Notes: generated by a model not told the origin, from the letters alone. DNA of 64,000 bases from Minisyncoccota bacterium (GCA_017881075.1 JADGRH010000002.1:21654-85653); one strand, 5' to 3'; counted from the first letter of the stretch, positions 27,490-36,887 are shown. Made by a program: numbers and translations.

Positions 27490-27666
27490 TGTACTTTAAG
27501 ATTCTGGTAATTATAGTTTGTGGCATTGGGACATCCATGCTGGGTGGAATACTCGATGCGGTAATGGGAGTGGATTTAACCCTTAGCCAAGATGTTGTCA
27601 CAAGCATCCCCGACGTCATGTTCGGTGGTGTTCTGGGATGGGCACTGACATCTAAAGCGAAATAGC
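27490..27666 (+). CDS. small membrane protein (58 aa; not in the ORF track)
   Basis: GAAAGGAGGAGAAGGAG SD-like sequence 8 nt upstream; hydrophobic; a terminator follows. Confidence 0.3.
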
Positions 27667-27776
27667 CCAGGAACTGGAGCTATTACAAAAAGTAGCGACG
27701 GGAGAAGCCACCTCCTTGTAAAATGTCGTGGCATCTGTGTCGGGCGACAACGCCTGACTTTTATTTACAAATTCTT

Positions 27777-27799
27777 GCTGGGGATTAAGGACTCGAACC
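27777..27799 (+). repeat. degenerate repeat R6b (GCTGGGGATTAAGGACTCGAACC) with the TTTTATTTACAAATTCTT context
   Basis: seen directly; about 60% identity to the consensus. Confidence 0.6.
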
Positions 27800-27808
27800 T
27801 TTGAAAGT

Positions 27809-28960
27809 CTACTCTTTTGACGGTTTCTCATGATGATAATACTTCTTCCCTTTCAATTTCTCCGGCAAAAGGTCTTCTTTGGGGTAGCGTTCGTAGCCTT
27901 TGCCGTAGCCGAGGTCCTTCATGAGCTTGGTGGGGGCGTTACGAATGATCATTGGAATGGGAAGATTGCCAAATTTTTTGACGTCTTCGACTGCTCGGCC
28001 GTAGGCTTCGTAGGAAGCTTTGCTTTTGGGTTGACGGCAGAGATAGACTACGCCGTCAGCCAGATTGATAGCACATTCGGGCAGGCCGATAACCTCGACG
28101 GCCTTAAAGACTTCGTTCGCCACCACCAAGGCAGTTGGATTAGCTTGACCGATGTCTTCTGAGGCAAAGATCACCATTCGTCTTGCGATGAATTTAGGAT
28201 CTTCGCCGCTATCTAGCATGCGGGCCAGGTAATAAAGTGCCGCGTCCGGCTGGCTAGCTCGCATACTTTTAATAAAAGCGCTGATGATGTTGTAGTGCTC
28301 CTCCCCTTTCTTATCAAAACGAAGAAATTTATTCTGTAGAGTATCGGCCAAAGTCTTTGGAGTAATTTTCGAATAAAGTTTGGACGCGGCCTCCAACATA
28401 CTGATGGCTTGTCGGGCATCACCATTCGCCATGCCGATCAACCATTCCTTGGCTGCCTTCGAAAGTTTCATCTCCGTGCGGCCAATTATTTTCATCATCT
28501 CCTCGTCTGACAATTCATTCAAAATAAATACTCGACAACGCGATAGGAGCGCCGAGATCACTTCAAAGCTTGGGTTCTCGGTAGTAGCACCGACCAAGGT
28601 TATTTCGCCACTTTCAACATACGGCAGAAGAAAATCCTGTTGAGCTTTGTTGAAGCGATGAATTTCATCTAAAAATAAAAGTTTTGGTTTGGAGAGGAGA
28701 TTTTGTTTATCGACCAATTGCCTAATATCATCCTTTCCGGCCGATACAGCCGAGAGATGATGAAACTCTACATCCAAAGCTCTGGCATATATTTTGGCCA
28801 GCGTCGTCTTCCCCACTCCCGGCGGACCCCACAAAACAAATGAAAAGAGATGCTTTTCTTTTATGGCAATAGCCAAAGGCTTATCTTTGCCGACTAGATG
28901 CGACTGACCGACAAACTCCTTTAAATTCTTAGGCCGGATCCGAGAGGCTAGAGGTTCCAA
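27809..28960 (-). CDS. rarA: replication-associated recombination protein RarA/MgsA (AAA+ ATPase)
   Basis: Walker A GPPGVGKTTLA, Walker B LFLDEIHRF, C-terminal MgsA helical domain. Confidence 0.85.
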   Translation of the reverse strand: MEPLASRIRPKNLKEFVGQSHLVGKDKPLAIAIKEKHLFSFVLWGPPGVGKTTLAKIYARALDVEFHHLSAVSAGKDDIRQLVDKQNLLSKPKLLFLDEIHRFNKAQQDFLLPYVESGEITLVGATTENPSFEVISALLSRCRVFILNELSDEEMMKIIGRTEMKLSKAAKEWLIGMANGDARQAISMLEAASKLYSKITPKTLADTLQNKFLRFDKKGEEHYNIISAFIKSMRASQPDAALYYLARMLDSGEDPKFIARRMVIFASEDIGQANPTALVVANEVFKAVEVIGLPECAINLADGVVYLCRQPKSKASYEAYGRAVEDVKKFGNLPIPMIIRNAPTKLMKDLGYGKGYERYPKEDLLPEKLKGKKYYHHEKPSKE

Positions 28961-29100
28961 TTTTAGAGCAGACTAATCAGATAAAAACGGAATCGATTCT
29001 TCCAGATTCGGGCTAGGCTTCGGCGGAATCGTTTTTCTTTTGTTTGATAATCGTAGAACATGATTGTTTGTTAATTAATAAATATTTCACTCCTGCCCCA

Positions 29101-29160
29101 CTGCCTTTTTAGAGACCGCTCCGGGGCGCTTGCCCAAGTCTTAGTCTCTAAAAAAGCAGC
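29101..29160 (-). repeat. 77-nt extended-hairpin element, copy C (variant); directly downstream of the lexA stop on the same strand
   Basis: reverse complement matches copies A/B except the outer stem (GCUGC/GCAG) and two loop positions. Confidence 0.8.
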
Positions 29161-29171
29161 GTGGCATCCGT

Positions 29172-29738
29172 TCAATATTTTCGAATCACTGCTTTAACGA
29201 CCGCTACGATCCTCATATCATATTCCGGATAAATATTGCTGTAATTTTTATTGGCCGGCTGGAGATATGCTTTGCCATTCTTGTATCGCAGATATTTCAT
29301 TGTCCAACCACCGTCGACATCGGCGATGACAATATCTCCTTCCTTTGGATCATTCGTTCGCTTCACCAGTACCAAGTCCCCTTCGGTGATATGAGCGTCT
29401 ATCATAGAATCGCCTTTCACCTCAAGAAGATATGTGGAGTCTTTTTGATCCACCAGATATTCCTCCAAATTCAACGTATCTCCTCTGATTTCCTCCGCCG
29501 TCTCTGGAATACCGGCTTCCACTAAACCGAGAAGTGGAATTTCATCAAATATTTGATTGATGCTGATGCGCCCCTTAACGTCTTTATTCAATACTCCGGC
29601 TTCTACCAATTTGTTGATTAATTTAAAGACAGCGTTCTTTGATCTGAAACCAAAGATTCCCATCATCTCCTTGTAGCCCGGCAATCGGCCATGTTTGTGA
29701 TAGAAACTTACGATCTTATCTCTGTATTCTGTTTTCAT
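29172..29738 (-). CDS. lexA: LexA-like repressor (S24 peptidase)
   Basis: N-terminal winged HTH; C-terminal GDSM...VKAV (Ser-Lys dyad region). Confidence 0.75.
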   Translation of the reverse strand: MKTEYRDKIVSFYHKHGRLPGYKEMMGIFGFRSKNAVFKLINKLVEAGVLNKDVKGRISINQIFDEIPLLGLVEAGIPETAEEIRGDTLNLEEYLVDQKDSTYLLEVKGDSMIDAHITEGDLVLVKRTNDPKEGDIVIADVDGGWTMKYLRYKNGKAYLQPANKNYSNIYPEYDMRIVAVVKAVIRKY

Positions 29739-29753
29739 CGCCTTTCTATTATA

Positions 29754-29771
29754 GGTGAACTAGGGTTCACC
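29754..29771. promoter_or_regulatory. LexA/Cheo-type SOS box (GGTGAAC-TAGG-GTTCACC) 16 bp upstream of the lexA start
   Basis: perfect 7-bp dyad with 4-bp spacer; fits GAAC-N4-GTTC. Confidence 0.65.
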
Positions 29772-29888
29772 AGTCAAGGGGTGGGGTGTGGATAACTAAT
29801 AACTAACTATTCTCTATCAAATATTGACTTTTTTGGGTAAGAGTGATATTGTTTCCCCGGTAATTGAACGAAACGAAAGGACAAATAC

Positions 29889-30746
29889 TTGAAAATTGAA
29901 AAGTTAGGAAACGACCAAAAACTTGGCCTCAAAAACGATGGCACTTTGGAAATTTTTTTCATCGGTGTGGGATCGGCATTCGCCATGAACCACAACCAGA
30001 CGAATCTACTACTAATAAAGGGCGACACCCATATTATGGTGGACTTCGGAATGACTGGTCCGAAAGCGCTCAAAGAAACTGCCCGTCTCGATGTAACCGA
30101 CCTTGAGGTCTTTCTGCCCACTCACTCTCATGCCGACCATGTCGGTGGATTCGAGTGCGCGGGACTTCTAAATCGATATAAAGGCCAGCCGTTCTTGAGA
30201 AGACCGAAGCTGCGCTGCATCATCACTCCTCCGTATCAGGAGATGTTGTGGGATATGAGCCTGCGTGGCGGAATGGAGTGGAACGAGCAGGAACACGATT
30301 CCCAAAAGACTCTGTCATTCCCCGATTTCTTCGTGCCCGTTCGTCCGACTTGGATGGAGCTCCAGCCGCGAGAGATTTACGAGATCGATTTCGAGGGCAT
30401 CCACCTCGAGATGTTTCGGACAAAGCACATTCCAAGCATGGCTTCAAGTTGGCAGAGATCCTTCTTCAGTATTGGTCTCTTCGTCGACAGGCGCATCTTT
30501 ATCTCAATGGATACTCGGTTTGACCCTGATCTCATCGATATGTATGCAGACAGATCGGAAGTGATGTTCCATGATGTTCAGTTTTTCCCAGACACGGTCC
30601 ACGCGCCGCTCGCAGACCTAAAAACTCTGCCGGAAGACATTAAGCGCAAAATGCATCTGATGCACTATGCCGACGACTTCGAGACACAAGACATCACTGG
30701 TTTTGCCGGATGGACGCAACAAGGGGTTCGCTACATCTTTGATTGA
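29889..30746 (+). CDS. metallo-beta-lactamase fold hydrolase (TTG start)
   Basis: HSHADHVGG (HxHxDH) motif; GAAAGGA RBS-like sequence upstream. Confidence 0.65.
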   Translation: MKIEKLGNDQKLGLKNDGTLEIFFIGVGSAFAMNHNQTNLLLIKGDTHIMVDFGMTGPKALKETARLDVTDLEVFLPTHSHADHVGGFECAGLLNRYKGQPFLRRPKLRCIITPPYQEMLWDMSLRGGMEWNEQEHDSQKTLSFPDFFVPVRPTWMELQPREIYEIDFEGIHLEMFRTKHIPSMASSWQRSFFSIGLFVDRRIFISMDTRFDPDLIDMYADRSEVMFHDVQFFPDTVHAPLADLKTLPEDIKRKMHLMHYADDFETQDITGFAGWTQQGVRYIFD

Positions 30747-30885
30747 ATCTTCTTCCGTTAGTCGCGCAGTGCGGTTAACGGAATTTTATTTGACTTTTTG
30801 TATCAAATATGCTACAATTCCTTGCAGTGTTATTTTAGTGTAGTTCTCAACAATTTACCGCCCTAACGGGCAGAAAGGAGCACGG

Positions 30886-31122
30886 ATGAAAAATTTCGTA
30901 CTAGTCAAGTCAATCCCATATCACTTGGGAGTTCTCAACATTTACGGCACAATCACGGCAGCAGATGCTAATGCAGCGGCATTACAAATCGGAAGCAGGG
31001 TCACAGAGGTTGACACTTCGGTTGAACCACCGCGATTTTATCTTCAAGAAGATGCCGTTCTAGTCCAGTGGTTTCTTCAAGAGGTGCCTCCTCTTACAGC
31101 TCGTCCGCTTGATATGAAATAA
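30886..31122 (+). CDS. hypothetical protein
   Basis: 78-aa ORF with AAAGGAGCACGG RBS and an 11-bp-stem terminator (31142-31190) downstream. Confidence 0.35.
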   Translation: MKNFVLVKSIPYHLGVLNIYGTITAADANAAALQIGSRVTEVDTSVEPPRFYLQEDAVLVQWFLQEVPPLTARPLDMK

Positions 31123-31177
31123 CTAACCCATCACCTAGGGCAGAAAATTTACTGCTTCGGTGGTGGGTTTTCTGTTT

Positions 31178-31399
31178 TTATTTATTAGTAGTCACAATAC
31201 CCTTTATAAAATTCAAAAGAAGAAGAAAGTCAGCCCAGATTATTTTGGTGAGGCTCCAAAGGTAAACAAAGAAGTTGTGGACGGACTGCTGATTTAGGAG
31301 ATTGGCAAGGCTGATGCCGAGAAAGTGTAAAATTAAAAGGGCGATGATGATTAGGATGATTAGTTGAATGAAACCTTTATTCATGTTTGATGAAGACAT
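31178..31399 (-). CDS. small membrane protein
   Basis: 73 aa, one TM helix; lies upstream of asnB on the same strand. Confidence 0.3.
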   Translation of the reverse strand: MSSSNMNKGFIQLIILIIIALLILHFLGISLANLLNQQSVHNFFVYLWSLTKIIWADFLLLLNFIKGIVTTNK

Positions 31400-33215
31400 T
31401 ATACCAAAGAGCCAGCATGTAGAGTAAGTAGATTTTGCGAGCGTTGTCGGTCTTCTGGTTTAAATGGTCTTCGGAAAGTTTTTTAATATATTTCAGGCTA
31501 AAGTGGGTCTTAATAAAGTCGTTGTCCAAAATAACCTCTGTGATCTCTGTCGACATTTTGGAATCTTTCAACCACTCTTTAATAGGGGTTGGAAAACCTA
31601 GTTTTTTGCGTCCTGCCGTTTCTTTGGGCAGGACGCCTTTCATTGCTTCTCTTAAAATATATTTAGTCTGGCCATTTTTATATTTCAATTCTTCCGGAAT
31701 TTTTTGCGAAAGCTTGGCTATCTCAATATCCAGAAATGGTACTCGGAGCTCCAATGAGTTGGCCATAGTCATTTTGTCTGCCTTAGCCAAGATGTCTCCA
31801 GGAAGCCAGGTATTGATATCAATGTATTGCATCTTGGCCGAATCGGGCTCCGTTTGAACTTCTTTATATAGGCTAGCGATATCAAATTTCTCATTGGTGT
31901 GAGCCTTCCAGAGTTGATCAATTTCTTCTGGTTTGAAAACGTAGGCATTACCGATGTATCTTTCTTCCAATTTAGTCAGTGCCCGGCGTAGATAATTTTT
32001 ACCGTAATAATTGAAAGGTAGAGCGACGAGATATTTAAAAATTGATCGAGGTATCCATTTAGTAGAGTCGAGAGCAAATGGCTCACGATAAATGTTGTAG
32101 CCACCGAAAAGCTCATCGGATCCCTCGCCCGAAAGCACCACTTTGACCTGCTTTCGGGCTTCCCTCGCTAAAAAATAAAGAGCCACAGCCGAAGGATCCG
32201 CCACTGGTTCATCAAAGTGCCAGGCAATCTTCGGCATCTCTTTGAAATATTCTTCGGGTGAGATATTAATCTCAACATGCTCTGTGCCGAGGAAATTAGC
32301 CATTACTTTCGCTTCACTCTGCTCGCTGACCTCATCAAATCCAATTGTAAAAGTCTTTAAGTTGTTGCCTGTTTCCTTCCGGATTTTGCTCATCATGGCT
32401 ACGATGACGGCGCTATCAATACCACCAGAGAGAAAGGCTCCGACCGGTACGTCACTCACCATGTGGGCTCGGACGGTGTCTTCTAGGCCGGCGACTATCT
32501 CCCCTTTCAATTTCTCCTCATCTGTAATTCTTTCACTAAAATGGTAACTCCAATATTTTTCTTCTTTAATACTGCCGTCGGAGAGATTTACTCTCATGTA
32601 GTGACCAGGCAGGAGTTTGTAAATATTACGAAACATTGTTTCCCTGAATGGATTGTATTGATAGGAAAGATAGTTAAAGACAGCTCTCTCGTTTATTTCC
32701 GGCTGATAACCGGGATAAAGCAATAAGCTTTTAATTTCTGAAGCGAAAGCCTTTAATTTCCATTCATCAAAAAGATAATAAAGTGGCTTGATGCCGAAAT
32801 AATCACGGGCGATAAAAACTTCATTTTTCTTTTTATCAAAGATGGCAAAGGCAAACATTCCTCGCAGTTTCAGGAGCATTTCCGATCCGTATTCTTCGTA
32901 GAGATGGATGACGGTTTCGGTGTCGCTGTGAGTTTTTAAGGTGTGGCCTCGGGCGATTAATTCTTCACGCAAGCTTTTGTAATTATAGATTTCACCGTTG
33001 TAAACAAGGACCATACTCTTGTCCTCGTTGAAGATAGGCTGATCCCCTGTCGAGAGGTCAATAATGCTTAATCGGCGCATGCCAAGAGATAATTTAGGAT
33101 CATCAAAAAAACCATCAGCATCCGGCCCGCGATGATGAATCCGCTCCGTCATTTCTCTGATCAGTTTCTCTTTATTTGGGGTACTCTCCCCCATTATTCC
33201 GGCAATTCCACACAT
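31377..33215 (-). CDS. asnB: asparagine synthase (glutamine-hydrolysing)
   Basis: MCGIAG N-terminal nucleophile, SGGIDS PP-loop, 612 aa. Confidence 0.9.
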   Translation of the reverse strand: MCGIAGIMGESTPNKEKLIREMTERIHHRGPDADGFFDDPKLSLGMRRLSIIDLSTGDQPIFNEDKSMVLVYNGEIYNYKSLREELIARGHTLKTHSDTETVIHLYEEYGSEMLLKLRGMFAFAIFDKKKNEVFIARDYFGIKPLYYLFDEWKLKAFASEIKSLLLYPGYQPEINERAVFNYLSYQYNPFRETMFRNIYKLLPGHYMRVNLSDGSIKEEKYWSYHFSERITDEEKLKGEIVAGLEDTVRAHMVSDVPVGAFLSGGIDSAVIVAMMSKIRKETGNNLKTFTIGFDEVSEQSEAKVMANFLGTEHVEINISPEEYFKEMPKIAWHFDEPVADPSAVALYFLAREARKQVKVVLSGEGSDELFGGYNIYREPFALDSTKWIPRSIFKYLVALPFNYYGKNYLRRALTKLEERYIGNAYVFKPEEIDQLWKAHTNEKFDIASLYKEVQTEPDSAKMQYIDINTWLPGDILAKADKMTMANSLELRVPFLDIEIAKLSQKIPEELKYKNGQTKYILREAMKGVLPKETAGRKKLGFPTPIKEWLKDSKMSTEITEVILDNDFIKTHFSLKYIKKLSEDHLNQKTDNARKIYLLYMLALWYNVFIKHE

Positions 33216-33252
33216 GAGAATATTATAAACTATATTGTCTCGATATCACTGA

Positions 33253-33321
33253 TGGACGTGACGGGAATCGAACCCGTTCACTCCGAATGGTAGGTTCGGA
33301 GCGCTATCCAATAGCACGCCC
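33253..33321 (-). ncRNA. non-canonical tRNA-like gene 2 (69 nt); paralog of gene 1 with compensatory changes
   Basis: same architecture as gene 1; the 7-bp stem is CTCCGAA/TTCGGAG (was CCTCAAA/TTTGAGG) with the identical loop CCTACCA. Confidence 0.5.
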
Positions 33322-33406
33322 ATGATGTGAATTACCGTTCCACATCGACATAAATAATACATACAGCTAATAAAATAGATTGAAATAAAAGTTAAATTAA
33401 AAATAA

Positions 33407-33426
33407 AAACCGCATTTCTGCGGTTT
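33407..33426 (-). terminator. intrinsic terminator hairpin (AAACCGCA-TTTC-TGCGGTTT)
   Basis: seen directly; equivalent to 24332-24351. Confidence 0.65.
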
Positions 33427-33431
33427 TACTA

Positions 33432-33447
33432 GCTCCGAACCTACCAC
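33432..33447 (+). other. copy of the anticodon-arm 5' strand of tRNA-like gene 2 (GCTCCGAACCTACCAC), inverted relative to the gene
   Basis: complement of the corresponding segment in gene 2; covaries with module head A. Confidence 0.8.
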
Positions 33448-33453
33448 AACATA

Positions 33454-33481
33454 ATTATATTTCTTTACTTTATTTTGTCAA
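33454..33481 (-). promoter_or_regulatory. near-consensus sigma70 promoter on the minus strand (TTGACA-16-TATAAT), module head B
   Basis: identical to the promoter at 24379-24406. Confidence 0.6.
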
Positions 33482-33503
33482 AGCTTTTTATTTAAAAATT
33501 CTA

Positions 33504-33550
33504 CGTCGAAAGTCTGCTGATTTCGACGCGATTTTTACGCTTAAAAATCG
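33504..33550 (+). other. two adjacent perfect hairpins 5' of repeat R7
   Basis: identical to 24429-24475. Confidence 0.8.
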
Positions 33551-33578
33551 GCTGGGGGTCTGGTACGATGTTGGAACC
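33551..33578 (+). repeat. repeat R7 (consensus)
   Basis: seen directly. Confidence 0.9.
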
Positions 33579-33728
33579 TTTTTGACGAGTTTTACCCCCT
33601 AAGACCTTAAGATTCAATCCCTACCCACGGAGTAATTTATTTGACTTTCTAAGTATAGTATGGTAATGTTATCTTGAAACATTCCAATTGCAGGTAGCAA
33701 AAAACTTGCATAACCCGAGGACATTTAC

Positions 33729-34103
33729 ATGACCAAGAAAGTTCTTAAATTGCTGATTCTCGTCTCTATAGTGACTGTTGCCTTCATTGGCGGCCGTCTC
33801 ACCACTCCTCAGCCTCAAGTCGCTGACAATGCTGTGTATGAAAAAGCATGGCATTGGTGTGATGAACAAGCATTCAAGGGGCACGACGTAGCCTTCTTTG
33901 AACTTGCAAAGAAACAGATTCGAGCTCGCCAGATTCGCTGGAGCATCAACGATTCATCAGGGCTTCATTACAGCCTTCTCGTCTTGTTCGCCAAAAGCTA
34001 CGATGAGATGGTCGAGAGAGAATCCGTGACCCCCGAGGAGTTCGTTAAGCAAATAGCACCTGTTCTGAAGGAGTTAGCCAAGGCTCCTCGACCCTCAACT
34101 TGA
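33729..34103 (+). CDS. hypothetical secreted protein (cassette ORF)
   Basis: signal-peptide-like N-terminus; TTGACT-17-TAATGT promoter-like sequence upstream. Confidence 0.45.
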   Translation: MTKKVLKLLILVSIVTVAFIGGRLTTPQPQVADNAVYEKAWHWCDEQAFKGHDVAFFELAKKQIRARQIRWSINDSSGLHYSLLVLFAKSYDEMVERESVTPEEFVKQIAPVLKELAKAPRPST

Positions 34104-34168
34104 CCGCTTCAGTGCGAGACAAAAGCCAAACTGTCTTACGATGGGGCGGCTTTTTATTTAAATTCCTC

Positions 34169-34228
34169 GCTGTGGGTCTGGCCCGCCTGCCTAGCTACCG
34201 CAGGTGCGGGCAGGTACGATGTTGGAAC
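34169..34228 (+). repeat. repeat R8, carrying the 33-bp GC-rich hairpin insertion CCCGCCTGCCTAGCTACCGCAGGTGCGGGCAGG between TCTGG and TACGAT
   Basis: seen directly. Confidence 0.85.
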
Positions 34229-34300
34229 TTTTATTACCCACTTTCATGCTATTGACAAAATTACCACAATAAGGTATTATTCAGATAGGAAAGGACAAAT

Positions 34301-34495
34301 ATGAAAGAAGGTATTCTACTTCTCTTCCCCGTTCTCGGGCTGATTCCGCTTGTAGCCATGCTACTCTGGATCAAAAAGAAACAGGGTAAGGGACTGATGA
34401 TTCTCCTTAGCATCTTGATCTTTGCTGCCATTGTTTGGGCGTGTGTTCATTACCAAATCCGAATTTACGATAACGGCGGCTTGGGACTTTACTAA
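34301..34495 (+). CDS. small membrane protein (cassette ORF)
   Basis: 64 aa, two TM segments, terminator follows. Confidence 0.35.
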   Translation: MKEGILLLFPVLGLIPLVAMLLWIKKKQGKGLMILLSILIFAAIVWACVHYQIRIYDNGGLGLY

Positions 34496-34565
34496 GCGAG
34501 ATTCATTCCAACACGAGACGAGCTCTGACCACACAAGTCATCTCGTTTTTTATTTAAAATTCCTA

Positions 34566-34612
34566 CGTCGAAAGTCTGCTGATTTCGACGCGATTTTTAG
34601 GCTTAAAAATCG
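34566..34612 (+). other. two adjacent hairpins (third copy of the module-head leader) 5' of repeat R9
   Basis: the second hairpin loop is GGCT instead of CGCT. Confidence 0.8.
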
Positions 34613-34640
34613 GCTGGGGGTCTGGTACGACGTTGGAACC
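34613..34640 (+). repeat. repeat R9 (ACGACG variant)
   Basis: seen directly. Confidence 0.9.
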
Positions 34641-35482
34641 TATTTGACTGTAAAAATATCACTCACTAGCGAGGAATTATCAGAGAAATTTATATCTAAA
34701 TGATAAGCTCCAGGAGAAATACTCGTTGGAACCATCCAAACATAGGATTCCCCATGTACTCCAGCAGCAATTTTTGTTGGAATAGTGTCATGAAAATTGT
34801 CTTTAGGTTCAGCCTTCAGAAATATATCCGCGGTGTAATTATCTTCGGATGGCTTAGCCAACCATTTTAAAGTATAAGTTTGACCTCTAATAAATTCCGC
34901 TGCTACTTCAGGAAAAACAAATCTAGGATATGGAAAAAGTACTTCGTTAAGAGATACTTCTCCAACATACGGTAAAGTCAATTTTGAAACTAAATTGCCC
35001 TTAAGATCGTACCCTTGAATGTCTACTTTTGATACATGGATACCAACGGCAGATTCTAAAGCATTCCAATACCAGGATTGAGTTCCATCAAGCGCTGTGG
35101 CTTGCAGTTGTGCTGATCCTAATTGTTGAGATTGAGTTATCCCTGTTCCGGTTGGCCAACCATATATCTTTACACTCGCTAACCCTTTTCCATATATAAA
35201 CAGTTCAGGTTTACTTATTGTAAACTTTAAGAGAAAAGGTGTCACAGACACTGAAACGGTAGTAGTTGCAAAAGAATTAACTTGGGAATTGGTAGACGAG
35301 TTGTTTGAAGTAGATATTGTATTAAGCTGATCAGTAAATGTGGTTGAAGCTGTTAAAGAGACGCCATTATTTACTTGAGCACTTTTATTATGAATGTAAA
35401 TGTAAATTCCTCCGCCAATCGCCAAAGCAACAATAATGATAATCAAAAAAGGAACAACAAATCCTTTTTGGATATTTTTCAT
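34640..35482 (-). CDS. hypothetical secreted/anchored protein (cassette ORF)
   Basis: 280 aa, N-terminal TM, Ser/Thr-rich. Confidence 0.5.
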   Translation of the reverse strand: MKNIQKGFVVPFLIIIIVALAIGGGIYIYIHNKSAQVNNGVSLTASTTFTDQLNTISTSNNSSTNSQVNSFATTTVSVSVTPFLLKFTISKPELFIYGKGLASVKIYGWPTGTGITQSQQLGSAQLQATALDGTQSWYWNALESAVGIHVSKVDIQGYDLKGNLVSKLTLPYVGEVSLNEVLFPYPRFVFPEVAAEFIRGQTYTLKWLAKPSEDNYTADIFLKAEPKDNFHDTIPTKIAAGVHGESYVWMVPTSISPGAYHLDINFSDNSSLVSDIFTVK

Positions 35483-35516
35483 AATTAAAATGATATCACG
35501 AAATTAGCATTTTCTC

Positions 35517-35634
35517 GCTGGGGGTTTGGCCCGCCTGCCTAGCTACCGCAGGTGCGGACAGGTACGATACTCCCTGTTTGTTCAAGAGGCCTTGCGATTG
35601 ACTACAAACAGCAGTCCCCGTAGGGGGTTGGAAC
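35517..35634 (+). repeat. repeat R10, carrying both the 33-bp hairpin insertion and a 58-bp second insertion
   Basis: the second insertion, ACTCCCTGTTTGT...ACAAACAGCAGTCCCCGTAGGGG, is homologous to part of the R1 insertion. Confidence 0.85.
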
Positions 35635-35710
35635 TTTTTTGATGAGTTTTGGTACTTGACATAATACAGATATGTCATAAAGTCATATCAGAAATCAACT
35701 GGAAATACTT

Positions 35711-35947
35711 ATGGCACTAGCAACTACTCAAGGAAAAGAATTCGCCCTGAAAGCTCTTGGGGAAAGACGAGATCGTAACAAAACACGAGAACGAATCGAC
35801 AATACGGCATTACTCGCGGGTAGAGAAATGCATTTTGACTGCCTCGGCTGTGGGGATGACCTCATTGTCCCCGAAAATTATCTCAGGCGACCGAATTTAT
35901 GCGTGGAGTGTCAAGCACTCAAAACGTTGGGTTGGCTTGATCAATAA
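35711..35947 (+). CDS. hypothetical zinc-ribbon protein (CLGCG...CVEC)
   Basis: 78-aa ORF. Confidence 0.4.
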   Translation: MALATTQGKEFALKALGERRDRNKTRERIDNTALLAGREMHFDCLGCGDDLIVPENYLRRPNLCVECQALKTLGWLDQ

Positions 35948-35998
35948 GTATCAAGCGTTCCGTTAGCCGTCCTGTTGTGGCGGCATTTTATTTTTCTT

Positions 35999-36025
35999 GC
36001 TGGGGGTCTGGTACGATGTTGGAAC
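35999..36025 (+). repeat. repeat R11
   Basis: seen directly. Confidence 0.9.
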
Positions 36026-36052
36026 TTTTTTGGGAAATCGCTCAGAAAGTAG

Positions 36053-36430
36053 CTATAAATAGGTTCGGAGTTGTTCAACCGCACTATCAATTAATTCATC
36101 GTCGGGTACCACTTTTTCTAAAGCATCATAGATTGTAACTAGGCACTGAACCGCATCAGTTACCTTATCATTTGGATTCGGACCGAATTTACTTTCCAAG
36201 AAATGAACGACGTTGTTTTTCTCAATCGCTTCTATAATTTCTGTTCTTTCTTTTTCCATGTCCGCCTTCTCTGCAACGGTATGTTCTCCGCCAAGTGTTG
36301 CTCTAGGTGGTGTAGTCTGAAACAAATAGCTTTCCCTTAAGAGGGGCGTGACAAGGTTTCGAAATATTGGAGCACTCTCTGTAGAAGAGGTAACGCCATC
36401 ATTTTCTATTTCTCTTTCACGAAAAGTCAT
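36053..36430 (-). CDS. hypothetical protein (cassette ORF)
   Basis: 125-aa ORF. Confidence 0.45.
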   Translation of the reverse strand: MTFREREIENDGVTSSTESAPIFRNLVTPLLRESYLFQTTPPRATLGGEHTVAEKADMEKERTEIIEAIEKNNVVHFLESKFGPNPNDKVTDAVQCLVTIYDALEKVVPDDELIDSAVEQLRTYL

Positions 36431-36475
36431 AAATTTATAGTAGTAAAACTAGTAAATAAAAGCAAGATGTTTGAT

Positions 36476-36503
36476 GCTGGGGGTCCGGTACGATGTTGGA
36501 ACC
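36476..36503 (+). repeat. repeat R12 (TCCGG variant)
   Basis: seen directly. Confidence 0.9.
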
Positions 36504-36559
36504 TACATGACAGATAGACAAATAAAGCAAGGTGTGGTAAAAGTTATCACAGGTAAAAC

Positions 36560-36799
36560 ATGAGTGACGAAAACAAATGCAGTAATTGTGAGGCGCTCAG
36601 CAAGAGCAATTCGACAAAGCCAGCTGTACCCATGAATGGGACATGCAACGACATCTTGCATGAATGTCCTCTGGACGGACAGAAATGGTGGCAAATGAAT
36701 ACCCACTTTCATCTGTGGCAGAAAGTCAAAGATGACAAGCAATGGGAAGCGTTAAGAGAGGACCTTCGGCGACCGGTACAATCTGGTCACTTCTGGTAG
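36560..36799 (+). CDS. hypothetical Cys-rich protein (CSNC...C..C)
   Basis: 79-aa ORF. Confidence 0.4.
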   Translation: MSDENKCSNCEALSKSNSTKPAVPMNGTCNDILHECPLDGQKWWQMNTHFHLWQKVKDDKQWEALREDLRRPVQSGHFW

Positions 36800-36859
36800 G
36801 AAATGAATTTGGAGAGCTCGGATGACAACCCCTGCTCTCTTTTTATTTAAAAATTCCTC

Positions 36860-36887
36860 GCTGGGGGTCTGGTACGATGTTGGAACC
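36860..36887 (+). repeat. repeat R13 with the full extended context
   Basis: seen directly. Confidence 0.9.
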
